DNA of 64,000 nt from Dicyema japonicum (taxonomy: Eukaryota; Animalia; Dicyemida): the NCBI GenBank assembly GCA_011109175.1, contig RDEW01000013.1, positions 413,476 to 477,475 on the forward strand. Reading direction: 5' to 3'. This document shows positions 1-14,275 of this stretch, in pieces (position 1 is the first letter of the stretch; each line of letters begins with the position of its first letter). A program made the translations under genes and the position numbers. Under the pieces are notes generated by a model. It was not told the DNA's origin. It did no database searches and worked only from the letters and a program-made list of their open reading frames with translations.

Positions 1-1945
1 GAAATGCTTTGTGCTCTACTTTTAGCTTTTTGAGTAGACGCAAATGATTTTCCCAAAGACTGAAACTTTTGAATGCCATATCCTTGACGCGGATTTCTCT
101 TGTCTGCACTTAATGATTGATTCGGTATGATTGAGGTCCCAATAACCTTTTCTATTAGCTCAGTCTTGTCAATATCATTTGGCAAACTGTCCAACGTCTC
201 AAGTTCTGACTTTATACCCTTTTGACGGGTTGAATCAAGCTTTGAGTACATAATTGAAGCATCTTTAGGAAAGTATGAAGCAAAACTCCAAAAGGCTCTA
301 TTATGAGATTACCGATTTACTTTCTGCCAAATGCTCTAACTTGGGAGTCAGAATCTTCAATTGTCTTTTGGATAGTATTTTGAACTACATTAAGGCACTT
401 CTCCCATATTTGGACAGACCATGTGTTTATTACACAATTCATCAACTCACTAGCGCATCTCCTAATAGGAGCTGACTTATCATCAATGGCCGTGCATAAT
501 ATTGGTATTAGTTTATAAGATTTTGTATTCTAAATAATATTAAATGATTATAAAATACATTTATGACAAAATTAGCACAGATAATGCAGGATGAAGAGAC
601 CACTTTGGCACTGTTTTGAACAAGATGAAGGATAGTAGATAAAATCAATTCAGCCATACTAACAAATCTTCCTTCAAATCTGTCAGACATGAACCTAAAA
701 TATCAGAAATAACAACAAACGCGATTGTTATTGCCGATTCACGAACAACCTGTGATCGCAAATCACTGAGGGCAACCTTTATTGGCTGTGCCCAGGCACG
801 GAGACTTATTGCATCAAATAAATCTGTGCATGAGTGGTTCTCCACTAAATAACGAAGTTGTTTGAGCTATAATGAACAAAGCAAATAGTACAGAGAGTAC
901 ACGTGCCTCCCAATCAGCATTGTGGTTGCCTATTAATCCCTTCATTTTTAATAGTTTTTCATTCATGTCCTTACTCCCAGAACTCTAAAAGTCATCAAAC
1001 AACCAACCATAACAGGGACATTCTCACTAAAGGCTGTGAGAAACATTTGTTTGTCCAAAGCTCCGGCTTCTTTTACTAAGAATGAGAAGGTAAAAAACCA
1101 TCGGAAGTTGACGTTAATTTGGAGATAGATTTTGTCATAGGTTTGAGTTTTGTTACTTTCATAGGAGCATTAGTAGATGAGGTAGCAGAGAAATGCTTAT
1201 TTATTTGTGAAATCCTGAAATTAATATGAAATTACTTCTGAGCAGATAAATTTGAATTTTTGTTGACAATAGAACGCACTCGTGGGCCAAGGGATTGATA
1301 TGAAGTCACGAGTACTTCTATGGCAGCATTGTGAACGTCTAGAGAGGAATCATTAAGCATTCCACTGACAGAATTGACTAATTTGACGATTGGGTAGTCT
1401 TCTACCCCATGTCTGTTGAATATAAAAAGTTTACTTTTTGATGATTTCATTTACTGTGAGAAGGGACTGCTGTTTTATTCTGCTCAACCTGTGTGAAAAT
1501 GCAGACTCCAGAAGGCCAAGGATTGGCTGAATAAGTAAATAGAGGTACCTTAGGACCAGAGATATCAACCATGGCGAGAATAAGTTCACTCAGTTTTTCT
1601 TGAACAATAGCCCTTTGGTCGCCAAGTTTTTCAATGGCAGTTGTGACGACTAAAATAAGTGGTATGCTACCAATGAATAGGTGTGGTTTGAAAGAATTTT
1701 TCATTCTCTGAGATAATAGTAGGAGAATGTGAACAGCAGTGAGGGCGATCTTGTTCTTTAATGAAGACTACCTTGTGATTGCTGGAACGAAACCAGACAA
1801 CAATCCCATCAATGAGGATTTTGATATTGTCGCACATTATTGACAAAGTTTTATTTTTTAGGTGATTTATTAGTGCCGATCCGACAGTAGTTCTCACACT
1901 TATATCTGTGGACTGGACATCATTTAAGTACTGGTCGAGTGACAT
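1..1945 (-). CDS. CLASP: CLIP-associating protein (TOG/HEAT repeats), multi-exon, runs off the window start
   Basis: Exons give MSLDQYLNDVQSTDISVRTTVG..WFRSSNHKV, LGDQRAIVQEKL and SDLRSQVVRESAITIAF, matching CLASP TOG1/TOG2 motifs. ATG at 1945; 22-nt GT-AG intron at 1750-1771. Confidence 0.88.
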
Positions 1946-3199
1946 TCTAAATTTATTTATAACCAAGAACTTAAACCTTACAGATAAGATTTTATTTCTA
2001 TTTAAAAATTAATAATTAATTATTTTCTGTAAAATTAAATTCAATTTATTTACCGCTAAAATTAATGCAGATTATTCACATAATTTACTTACATAAACAT
2101 TATATTTTAAGGTTAATATTTTATATTTTCTGCAAGTCATGCTTTTTTATTTTCACAAATACAACTAAGTCTGGCAGAATATCATAATTTCCTTGGTTTT
2201 GAAGTCCGGTGAGTTTAGAATGTGAGAATTGTTAATGACTAATCAATCTATTAAACAGTCAACCGCTGAGACTGATGCAGCCATGACAGCTGGTTATTCA
2301 ATATTATATTGCTTTTGGAAAATTAATAATTAAAATGAGGTGTTATTAGAGACACATCTTTATAATTATTGACACTATTAATTTAAAGAATGGTCTTAAA
2401 AGTAAAACATAAATTACATAATTAACCATGGAAACTATATAGAAACAATATAACCACAAAACACAATTAAAAATATATAAAATAGGAAATTAGAATAACT
2501 TAAAAGACACATTGTTGACAATTTCATTTTTAAATTCAGTCTTAATCATGACTTTACTCTACGGGAGTTTACCGAGTCAGTGACGGATTCGTCATGTACA
2601 CGGACGCCCGGGTTATGTCATGCTTGTAATATGAGAATATGGAGAATGCGAGGAATCCCGAAAGGAATAGGCTATTGAGAGAGGATTAGATTGCCTAATC
2701 GTCACATATTTCTCTTAATTTAGAAGCGATTCTTTGTCTTTGAGTAAATCCCACTATTACTAAATGACATAGCAATCATAAAACGGAACCTGTTTCCTAC
2801 GATTTTACAGGAAACAATCAGATCGATTCCAAAAGTTAGCAACAGAAGGTACAAGTACCTTGTCATCCTAAAAGTAAAAAACATTGTAAAAGACTGAAAA
2901 TTCACAAGGAATATTGGGATCTCAAGAAAATACGAAAATATCATATTTGATTTATATGTAATTGGAAAATAGATATGGTTGGATGACTACAGGGAATTGA
3001 ACCTAATTTATTTGATTAATGTCCATTGATAATTTATGTCTATTGTATAATCAGGGGTCGCTAGTCTACTTTGCTTTATTTTGATAAAAGACATCAAAAA
3101 CCCAAAGTTCTGTACAAAATAAGTGTTGGATGAACGAAATATTCATGTTCAATTGAATGAACTTGGAGAACTATGTCAGAAGAATGGTTAATGTGATTA

Positions 3200-4900
3200 T
3201 TTGTATGTCACTACGAATGCTATAATAATCAAACTGGACATACACAATGCTTTCAATAGCATTCGCAGAGACAGAATCATAGAAGCTAACATCTCCAGGA
3301 TCCCGGAAATCAGCAGGATGGTGAAACTTGTATACGGCTCCCCATGTACCCTGATATTCGGGCAACACATAATCGAATCCAAGACCGGAGTTCAACAAGG
3401 TGACCCCTTTGGCCCTCTGCTCTTCGCCTTGGGTATTGACTGTGCAGCATCGACGATGCGAACTACATTGAACCTATGGTACCTGGACAACGCGACCGTC
3501 GGAGGTAATTGGGAACTTGTGATGGCGAAAGTCGAGTCTGCCATCCCTGCACTTGCGGCACTAGGGTTAAAACCGAACCCGCATAAATGTGAAATTATAA
3601 ATGTTGCTTGCGGAGAGGAAAAATCCTGCCGTGCAGTGGCCGCTATTTCTGCTCACCTCCGCGATGTCTCGGTTACCCAAATTGAAAATGCAATTTTTCT
3701 TGACTCTCCCCTACACTGCAATAATGTTCAGCTCTCCTGGAGGAAAAATACATTACTCCAACAATTCACATTAAATTTACAAACCTTGGACTCCCACATG
3801 GCTTTGTTCTTCCACAAGAATTTCCACGACTTCTTTTTTTACGGACATGAACTTTTTAAGAGCCATCGACGAGAAGCTGAGGACTGCCGTTAAAGAAACG
3901 CTTAACATTTCCTTTGATAAAACTGACTGGATCCAATGAAAACTACCTCTTCGCTACGGAGGAATCGGAATACGCTCACTACTGGAACTCGCCCTCCCGA
4001 CCTTCTTTTTCGACATATGCTTCCAGTAGTCTCACACGCCAGATCCTACACTACATTAACGAATCGGACGTTGAACCAGTGGTATGCATGTCTCTGGAAG
4101 TCTGGACACTACTGGGTATGGATTCCCAATGAACGCTAATAAACAACGAGAATGGGACAAGTTTTTATGCTCAAAGATTATAGAAGAGATAAAACCTGTG
4201 CTTGATCAGCATCGTCTTGCTCGTCTGCTGCATCGACGAACGAGAGTGGAGCATGGCTCGGAGCATTGCCATGTACTTCACTTGGGATACTACTGGATGA
4301 CGATGCGACGAGGATTGTGGATTCCTTCCGCCTCGGAATGGATGTTTGCACGATCCATCGGTGTAGATGTGGAGGAATGATCGACGCGAAAGGTTTTCAC
4401 GCTCTCTCCTGCCGGAGGAGTGCTGGAAGGAGTCCTAGATACGTCGCAATCAATGCAGTCATTGCTTGGGGACTTGAAACTGTCGGATTTCCTGTCCAAT
4501 TGGAGCCGCTTGGACTTGCTCGAGCTAACCGAAGACCGGACGGAACCACTTTCTTCCATGGGAGAGTAATAAATACCTTGCCTGGGACGCCACATGTGTC
4601 GATAGTCTCTCTCTCCAACCTCTGAACGACAACAACTGACCCAGGCTCAGCTTTGGAGAAAGCTGAGACCATAAAGATAAAAAATACGCATGTCTTGGAG
4701 GACAATTCATCTTCGAACCAGTGGCAGTCGAAAATAGAGGAATAATTGGAAGCTGGTCACTGACGTGCTAAACAGGATCGACTGGTTCATCGCGAAGAAG
4801 AAAAACGATAGGAGAGAAAGGAGTTGGCTCATTGAGCGCATTTCCTTGCAAATCGAGAGGGAAAATGCGTTTTCTATTATGAGAGCGGCCAGAAGTTGTT
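3200..4900 (+). mobile_element. 5'-truncated, decayed CRE-clade non-LTR retrotransposon (RT + RLE)
   Basis: KLDIHNAFNSIRRD, GVQQGDPFGPLLF, WYLDN (YLDD mutated), CRCGGMIDAKGFHALSC, RRPDG; several frameshifts. Confidence 0.9.
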
Positions 4901-4953
4901 AACTGTTAGTTTTTGTGTTATAATTAATTGTTCATTTATAAAATGGATTACTT

Positions 4954-5774
4954 CCGAGATTGTCAAACGGTGTGCCGCTAACAAATTTGAATAAATTTAT
5001 TTACATTTTTTGAATAAAATAGATAACTCAATCGTCGTTCAAATGAAGATTTTTATTTGTCATTTGGATTTACATGCGATGATAAAAAGAAACTACCTCA
5101 ATGCCTAATTTGCATAAAAGTTTTAGAAAATGATTCTATGGTTCCTAGCAAACTAAATAGAAATTTTACTTCCAAGCATCCGGACTATTCCAAAAAATAT
5201 ACGGATTATTTTATGCATTTGAAAAAAACAACACAAGTATTATTTAGTTTTTACTATGTATTGTAGATCCAGTCAAATGTTGTTTGTGATACTTTTGTAA
5301 GCTCAACGGAATCATTGAAATGTTCACATCTGATTTCTGATTTAATAGAAAAAGAAATGGAACCTCATACCATTGACGAAAACTTGATAATCCATGCTTC
5401 TCGTATCACTGTTCTGACTATGTTTGGTCATAAATATAAACAAAAAAATAATGAAGATACATTTGTCAGATAACACTGTTTCTCGTCGGTTAAAAAGTCG
5501 GAGAATATTGAAAACAATTATTATTTTCTATTAAGGAAACTCGTTTTTCATTACAATTTGATGAATCCACAGACATTTCAGAATTGCACATTTGTTGGAA
5601 TTCATACGATTTGTCTATTTTGGAAAATTAATATAAATTTGCCCATTAAATTACCAATTTTTGTCCTAACTTGTACGTATCAGAAAAAAAATTATTTTTT
5701 TATTTTTTAATGTGTGGCGTGGATTAATTTTTTAAGATTAGTGTACCGCGAGAATTATTTTCTGAAATCCTCTG
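4954..5774 (+). mobile_element. Internally deleted hAT (Charlie/ZBED-like) DNA transposon
   Basis: FGFT..LPQCLICIKVLENDSMVPSKLNRNFTSKHP, LSDNTVSRR and FSLQFDESTD fragments. Imperfect termini CCGAGATT / rc CAGAGGAT. 8-bp TSD with one mismatch: gattactt (4946-4953) and gattacct (5775-5782). Confidence 0.85.
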
Positions 5775-6336
5775 GATTACCTTATAATTGTTTGTAAACT
5801 ATTTGAATATATGATTTAGACGTAGGCACAATTAGCTTATTAGAACATATCCTGTTGTAAACCTGGTTGACTGGACCACCAGGAAGATCTATCCATACGG
5901 TGACAATTAGACCATCTCCACGAAATGATGAAAACACAGTTTGGTCATAACTCTTGTGACATCATGCAGAAATAAATTGAACAGTTTTGGTTATAGTAGT
6001 TGGCATGCAGAACTTCATTTATAATAACTGAGATCTTATATACAGAACTTTTTCATGTTCAGAGAAAATATTTGAATTCACAGTTCGGATGTGTCGTAAT
6101 GATGGATTAACAAATTATATGGAAAATATTAACAAACATTAACTTTGTTAAACCAAGTAATTTTATGAAACTTTTTATGTGGTAAAATTATTATATTAGA
6201 CTTTTGCAAGATCTTCAATTTTTGTAGATTCGAAGGCATCAAAAGTTTCATTTAATTCAAAATTCGGTGGTAACATCATCCAATCCCAGCCAAAAAGAGG
6301 TGTAGATTTGTTCGACTTTCTGAAGAATGATGTCTC

Positions 6337-7670
6337 AAATTATTATTATTATTGAACCAGAAAACCAACGTCATATCCAAAATAAACCAAATTCAGATGA
6401 TCCCAGCCTTCCTCAACAGTCTCCGCATCTTTTCTCGGTGTTCCGACTACGTTCCTGCGCATTTCCAATATGGACGGGGTCTGCATACTTGAGTCCTTCG
6501 CAGGGGCACTGTTCCAGTCGCCTCTATCATATTTTCTAGGTTTTACACGGGAATATTTCCTTAGTAGGTTTGCTGCCTTTACTTGAATGTTTCAGATCAT
6601 GTCCAAATTCGTTGCAGCAAGGTTAGATCTCCAGACATTATATTCGTTTCCTATTGTAGACTTGATGAACTGTTTATATATGACATCCAGTCCACTCAGA
6701 TCTTTGTTGTCTCTTAGGTTTCTCAAGAACACTTTCAGGAAGTTGATTTTCCTCGTACAAGTAAATAACATAATTTCGACATGTTTTGTAAAGGTTAAGA
6801 TGGTGTCAAAGGTCATTCCCAGGATTTTGTGGTATTTGTTTTGAGGGATATTCTTCCCATCCAGTGTGTCAATTGATACTTTTCCTAGTCTTCTGTTTGT
6901 CGTGAATAGGGTCAACACCGACTCCGGGCTAGCAGTCAATTGATTTTCCCAAAGCCATAAACTTAATTCATTCAGATTGTCCTGTATTCTTCTCGTTGCT
7001 TCGATGATACTCACATCCCTCGAAGCAATGACTATATCATCAGCATACGTTAATAATATGTCATCGTCCCCCTGAGGGAGTGGCAAGTCCATCATAACGT
7101 TGAACAATAGGGGGGATAATGGGGAGCCCTGGGGAACGCCATTTGCTGAAAGTCTCGATGCGGAACATCGATTGCCATAGTGTACTCGTCCTCGTCGACC
7201 ACTCGAGAACTTTCCTAACCATAATTTTAGGTATACGTCAATATTCGACGAATATATTTTGTGCGTGATAATCTTCTTCGAAACCAAGTCAAATACCTTC
7301 TGGATATCAATTGAGCATACAAGTGTCTTTTTCTGTTCTGATCTTTTGTCAAGGCCATCTGTTGTGAACTTTTTTAATGTATTTAGGGGTGTGAAAGTTG
7401 ATCGTCCCTCTTTAAAACCATGCTGAAAAATGGCATCCGGGAGGGAATGTCGTGTGAGTGTCATAACCATCATTTCTAAGCTACAAAAACCTGTAAGAAG
7501 CAGGGTCCTCCCTTGGTTTCCCAGGTTTCAGTATTAAATGAATATTCGAAAGTTTCCATAAACCCATATTGATCATTTCCACTAAGAAACAAAAATCATT
7601 CCCATTACAGATCACTTAGAAATTTGAGCTCTACAATTCCTCTCCCAAACTTACAATCCAGACAATAGTG
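6337..7670 (-). mobile_element. 5'-truncated LINE RT (I group, Ingi/Vingi-like), (AAT)n tail
   Basis: ORF 6592-7473: DIQKVFD, GVPQGSPLSPLLFN, YADD, KILGMTFD. Near-identical copy at 53326-54982. Confidence 0.87.
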
Positions 7671-8490
7671 TGTGGAATAGAGAGCAGCTCGGTAAACTAG
7701 CCTGGATTTTGGGCTCTGGTCTAATTAACCTTATTGTAGTCTCCTCGATTGCGGATAGTTTTAATGAGGAGGATCGTGAAATCTGCATTACCCACGAAGG
7801 ACTTGGATACGTCATCATTTGTCGGATAAATTGTTCATAAATAGTGGCAAGGCCACCAGTTTGGTCTTTAAGTGTTTTTGAAAGCATAAGTTACTTTGTT
7901 TTCGACATGTCGGATAAAGATGAAGTCCTAATCAAAGGTAACTCCCAGAATCTTCGGTGTTTTGTTGATAGGAATAGCCTCGTTCTTCATAAAGATTTTT
8001 GGTTCGACACAGAGCTGTCTTCTGTAAGTGATGAACAGCGTGACAGAGGACTTTATTGCTAATGTGTCGAGTCTCCGCTTCGAAAAGCCATAGTTCCAGC
8101 TTTTCAAGCATTTGTTGAACGGACTGAGTCGCTGATTGAATGCTTCTGTCCTTGAAGGCAAGAATGATATCGTCGGCATAGGAGAGGATTAGGCAGTTTT
8201 CATTACAGGTTTGTGGCATGTCGTTTATGTAGAGATTGAAGAGTTGAGGTGATAGTGAGGATCCTTGAGGGACTCCATTTGGTGTGAGACGGGATTTTGA
8301 CTTTATGTTATTGCAAATCAGTTGTCCACGTCTCCCACTAAGAAGTTGGCAGCGGCGCAGGCCTTCCTTATTGGTCCACCCATGAAGATAGGGAAAAGTG
8401 TGTTTCTTTTCTCCCAAATGCAACCACGTTGTCGGCGAGCCACATGACATTTTTCTGGAATAACAATACATGACCCAAAGACATTTCATT
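7671..8490 (-). mobile_element. Decayed LINE RT fragment, related I-group subfamily
   Basis: GVPQGSSLSPQLFN, YADD, PKILGVTFD, split by frameshifts. Confidence 0.8.
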
Positions 8491-8698
8491 AGGTTAACCA
8501 ATTTATAATTATATTATTAAACTTTTCAATTTTTAATGAAAAAATAAAAACAAACATATTGTGATATTAAACTAAAACTAACTCTGATTAAATATATTTT
8601 ATGTAAATATATCATAGTATACCAGTAATAAAATATTTATTAAAAATATTAAAAATAAATATTAAACAATTTCCATATTTATTAAACTTGTGTGTGGA

Positions 8699-11406
8699 AT
8701 GCTTTCGTCTTTGTTGAGAAGAGATTTGATTGGTTAGAATTATCGCTTTTTATAACATTACATTTAATTTCTGCTAATACAGCAACCTTTTAGGTAACTT
8801 TAAGCGTCTGTCTTCAGTCTCCACTTCAATCAAACCAGTCGGTACTTTATTTCCTCATATTTCTTAGCGGAATACCGGAATTTCACTGTTTCGAATGTCA
8901 ATGAAGTCGCTGTAATCAAAATCGACTGTCAGAATTCTTCAGTACCCTATTTTTCACCAAAGTAGACCAACATCCTCAACCAGGACACATTGAAGGAATT
9001 AGTCAGAGTGTTGGAAACCTGTTTTATGAACAAGAACGTTTATTCAATGGTCTTTATGTCTGCCAAGGAAAAATGTTTCATTGCCGGAGCCGATATTAAG
9101 TTTTTCTCTTACTCATTCTAGTCTCATACGAGATGTTAAAACTCCTGAAGAGGGTGCCATGGTTGCCAAATATTTACAGGAAGTCTACCAAGTTATGAGT
9201 GAGAGTCCCAAACCAATAGTCTCCGCTATTAATGGAGTCTGTCTTGGTGGTGGACTGGAGGTTCTCTGTTTTATGATTCTTTAGTTTGCCCTGGCTACTG
9301 ATTACAGAATCGCTGTCAATACACCAAACACACTTCTTAGCTTTCCAGAAGTCACGTTGGGATCCTCCCCGCGGCCGGTGGTTGTACTAGACTTCCTCGA
9401 CGGGTTATAAATAACAAATTAATCTCAGATTCCGTTGATAGACGCTGTTGAACTGATCACCTCAGGAAAACGTGTGAATGCCTTTAAAGGAAAGAAAATG
9501 GGTTTGGTGGACGAAATAGTTGACCCACTTGGACCAGGAGACAAATCAGAGTTTGAGAAGACTTCAGAATATCTCCAGGAATTATCTGTTGACATTGCAC
9601 GGTCTCTGGCAAACAGAGAGCAGCGTGGACTCTCTAAGGGTACAAAGAAGGTTGAGGGATGGTTCGAAAGTAAGTTACTCTTATAAATTTAGCCATAACT
9701 AAGTACTACCTACCTCCTTATCTACGGAATAAGGCTAACGATTACTTTTACGAGAAGATTGTTACTCCTAGAATACTAAAATCGACTAAGGGTAAGTATC
9801 CGGCACCACTTTTGGCTATTGAGGTAACATATGTGTTAATACTCAGTCCATTCGTCAAGCCACAGAAGTTGGTTTTTCAGAGGGTTTGGAAACAGAAGCT
9901 AAGGTTGTCTATTTCCCATATTATAGTCATTTGGACTTTTGGCCGTATCTAGAGAAGCTAAGAGCCTCATGAAAATATTTAGTAACCGCAAATGACTGTC
10001 GTAAGAATCCATACGGTAAACCTCAAATTCTGTTAGGTTGTTGGTTTCCATCAATCCGTTAGTAATATTGGAATGGTGGGAGCTGGACTTATGGGTGGTG
10101 GAATAGCGCATGTTTCCGCTGAGAATGGATTTAACTGCAGTCTATTTGATCTCTCTCCCGTGGCTGTTAACTCTGCACAAAACAAAATCGAATCTGACTT
10201 GAATACCAAACTAAGTAAAAAGCGGATTTCAATGTGAATATATATTTTTGATTACAGAGTCGAAAAGGGACTTATTATGGACAGAATTGTTACCATCATT
10301 AACGTTGAATGAATTTAAAAACACCCAATTAGTGGTTGAAGCTGTTGCTGAGAAACTTGAAGTGAAACATAAAGTTCTTCAAGAGATTGAAGCTGTATGG
10401 AGATAACCTAATTGTAGATTGTTAGTGATAACTGCATATTGGCCACTAATACATCAGCTCTTTCTATTGCCAAGGTAGCTGCTGCTTGTAAGAGGCCTGA
10501 ACGGGTTTTTGGAATGCATTATTTCTCTCCTGTTAATAAAATGGAACTATTGGAGATTGTCTACCATCCAGGGACATCGAAAGATGCTCTTTCAATTGCG
10601 TGTGATGTTGGACTAAGGCAAGGGAAGACTCTGATTACTGTCAAGGATTCTCCAGGATTCTATACAACCAGGATAATAATAACTGCCCTTTCTGAATGTT
10701 TTGATCTAATAGGGGTTGCTGGTTTATGGACGTGTTTAGAGTGGAGTTGAACCTGATAGAGTTAATAAGCTAACACTCAAATCTGGGTGGCCTCAAGGAT
10801 TTGTTGCACTCTCCGACTTGATAGGACTCGATGTTGCTTATTTGGCATACTCAACAATAGCTTCTGCATTTCCCCATATTGCCAGTCAGACAGCACAGGA
10901 GTTGTTGAGTCATATGGTGAATGGAGGATATTTGGGTTTTATTATTTTTGATTTTAGGCAAAAAAGTAAGTAAGGGATTTTACACATATAATAAAACCGG
11001 GAAAGCTAGTGGAATGAGTCCTTTTGCTATAAAGTCCATCAAGAAGTATTATGAAGGGAATCGTTCTTCGTTGTTTGTGTGCTTACTGTAGACTCTCTGA
11101 TGATGACATATCATTGAGAATATTTTTGAGGATGATGAATGAGGCTCACAGATGCTACGAAGAGGGGATTATTACATCAACTGTAATTAATATCCTTATT
11201 TGTTAGGCAGAAGGAGACATTGGAGCTGTATTTGGAATTGGATTCCCACCATTTATGGGAGGTTGTGATTTGGATTATTTTTAGGACCTTTCTCTGCTGT
11301 TGACTATCTGGGGAAAAGCAAGATAAAGGAATGCATGGAAAGGTTTGAATCCAGTTTTGGAACTTCATTCACTCCTTGCAAGACATTTAAGGATTCTTAC
11401 TCATAA
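8699..11406 (+). CDS. HADHA: Mitochondrial trifunctional enzyme subunit alpha (enoyl-CoA hydratase / 3-hydroxyacyl-CoA dehydrogenase), many micro-introns
   Basis: Exons CFIAGADI, AINGVCLGGGLE, GGIAHVS, VVEAVAEKLEVKHKV, ATNTSALSI, RVFGMHYFSPVNKMELLEIV, KDSPGFYTTRI, FTPC. Start codon is tentative. Confidence 0.92.
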
Positions 11407-11595
11407 CCATTAATCGTTGGTAAACTAACAGTTCGTTTAATAATATTAACTGACTTAATAAATTATTTTAATGTTAGGTCTTTTCAACAATTATTTAAAT
11501 ACAGATTTTTAACTGTATGACAAGTCAATAGGATCTTCTTTCGCTATATATTTTTATATGAGAAAAATATATTCTTTAAATAAATAAGTTTTTTT

Positions 11596-14275
11596 TAAGA
11601 AATTAAATAAATGTAAAGAAAAGAGAGTAAATGGTCATATAGCGGCTGACCTGACTGCGTGGTTATTCCTTCTCTGGATGGCGAGCGAAATTTTTCTCAC
11701 TCTTCTTGCAGGAAAGAGGGTGTAAGCCAAAACAGTCGATCCCATCGTCACGGATGTGGAACACAAACTTTAATCCCAGTCGTAATGAGATCCCAATACG
11801 GACGTATTCATCATCCAGGAAAGTACCCAAAACTCCATTGGGAACGGCGTTGATCCAGGCATCGCGCTCGGAATAAGTCTTCGACAACAAACAGGCACGG
11901 CGATGTTGGCTAGATGACACTAGCAAATCTTTGAAAGAATTCCAGCATATAGCATCGTCCAGGCCCCGCTGAGAGAATGAGGATGTCAGGGACAGCTGAT
12001 AAGCACAGTTCCAGACTTCACGAGCATGACCGGCGTCCTTGTCAATAGAGAATTCATGGAGGGAGTGTATAATTCTCTTGACAAGGATGTTGCAGGCTAT
12101 TATCGACGATAGATATGCAGAGAGAGAAAGGTCTACTGGGTTGCGAATTCCAAGCCCTCCGAGTTTCACTGGCAGCGTGGCTTTCTTCCATGAGTAATTC
12201 TCGAACTGGAAGTTGAAGATACGCTCCGCTGGTGTACGGAAGATCTCATTAATCTGTGCGAGTTGGTCACACTGGGTTAAACAAGGAGCAGTCCTCAGGA
12301 CATATGCAAGCCTCTGTACGTTGAGACTGTTTTTCAGAAAGAATAATGACGTATGCATGTCAAGTAGACACAAACAGGTCTAGAGTATCTCGAGTAACAT
12401 TCGTTTTTCACGCATAGCTCCTCCCATTGCATTTATGGTGATTGGGGATCCGAAGAATATAAGGCCTTCATCGAATGTGGAAATACTAAAAGAAAAAAAG
12501 AAGTGAAGATAATTCCTTGGTTGTGCGATTAGTTAAAATTAACTGTTCTTTACTTAATAAAGTGTGTGCCTATGCGGAGCTATAAATATTATGGCTCTCG
12601 TGAAAAGGCTATTATTATTATTTATTAGTGTAATTTAATTTCAGTCCAGCTTCCGACAGTGCTTGAATTATCACTTCCAAATCCCGGATAACAGCATCTG
12701 TGGGTCCTCCGAGGACAGCATCATCCAGGTACCTTAGGTTGAAGGGCGAGCGCGGAAGTTTGGTGATTTTCTCTATTGCAAGACAAAACAATAGACAAAA
12801 CAAGGGGATCTCCCTGTCGCACTCCAGAATTTGAATGGATTAGGTAGTCCTAGAAAAGTAATGATGGAGGTAGACTGTATGAGTGATCAGTGATCACAAA
12901 TTCGAAATTATCAGGGCATCTCTCAACACACGCCTATAGGATATTGTCCCTCCTTAGACTATTGAAGGCGTTCTTGATGTCCAGTTTGACCAGGACATGT
13001 CCCCGGGAATCTTCTATACTGCGGTTTAGGAATGTCCTCACTGAATGGACAGCAGCCTTGCATTCCAAGCCAATACCGACGCCTAATTGAAGGGGTTCAA
13101 GAATTTTGTGACGAGTGGAATAGAATGTCTGAGGCATTTTTAGCAGCCAGTCTTCTAAAGACAAACCCAACCGCAACCGGTCGTACTCCGTCGCCCTTCT
13201 TATCGAAGGTTATCAAATTAGCGGAAAACAAGACATGGCGGATAACTTCCGGAAGAACTCCAGACAGGATCCGGTTCATAAGTGAAGTAATTGAATTCGT
13301 AAGACGAACTCCCTGGTCTCCACGGACAAAGAGGTTTGATCTTTCAAATAGCCAGGTCTCATTCCGTCGAGCCCGTCACGGCTACTAGGAACAAAATTCC
13401 GTATTGTAAGGAGAACTTTATCGTTTGATGCAATCAGGGCACTCACTCCGGATGGAGGAGCGACTGGGCGTAGGTTTTGGGGTGGCAGAGGATGCTTGTT
13501 CAGTAAAATATTGTAGCCGTCGGGAGTCGGAGTTTGCGGTTCACTTGAAGAAAGTGCCCTGATGGCAGCGCGGATGCTACTTTTTATTAACTTCGACCTA
13601 GCAGTTCTTTTGAGACGCAGCACTTCGACTTCCTCGTTCTGACCACGTGTCTCCCTCGTACGGTTAGAAGCCTTGGGATAACTGGGGATGTGCATACCTT
13701 CCAAAAAATGAAGGTTGGTTTTCATGGTGGTAGCGAGAGACTCCTTTCCGTGACCATCTCTATCAAATCCCAGTGCAGAAGGCGCAAAACTGAATAAGCG
13801 CATCCAATCATGTACTGCGTTAGTCCGGAGGGCATCTTCGATCGTTTTGGAAAGGGCCTCCACAGCGACAAGTCGTACGGTTTTGGAATCCTCACAAGGA
13901 TAGTCCGTGAAGAACGCAATTCAGAGATGAGGCGTAAGAACGTTTGAAAGTCCGTGGTTGATGGGTAATCAACGGGAGAGTTAACTTGGCACGGGCATGG
14001 GGAACCTCCCAGCATAGGGCGAGGCATGACTGGCAGTGCCATCCTCCAAGCACGCTCGCTGCGGCTTGGGATAGCTTGATACACCCGAGATGAAAGAAAT
14101 CTTCACAAGCAGAGCAGGAGATCCCACGCTTCCGAGTTCTGACAAGCCAACAGGACGAACACATCTCAGTTGACTTGGCTGGTACCTTTTCATCGAAGTG
14201 GGAACATTCTTTTTAGGTGCTTTTCTCACAACAGGCATAATCACAACAAACGACCGTCCACAACAAGCACGTACA
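11596..14275 (-). mobile_element. Full-length but decayed CRE-clade retrotransposon with N-terminal PHD finger (copy B)
   Basis: PHD CSSC..CSACEDFFHLGC..WHCQSC (14024-14161), LQLGVGIGLECKAAVH, KLDIKNAFNSLRRD, YLDD, LHPLSC. Putative TSD AAAAAAACTT (minus strand) at 14276-14285 and 11586-11595, merging with the A tail. Confidence 0.92.
12488..12626 (+). mobile_element. 3' half of tRNA-derived SINE inserted into CRE copy B
   Basis: Matches SINE body and tail at 26100-26335, 36024-36237 and 55782-56187; (TAT)n tail. Confidence 0.87.

Noticed and set aside
2560-2944. Small secreted-protein gene (MTRYLYLLLLTFG..)
   Set aside because: I could not build a consistent spliced frame or find a homology motif.
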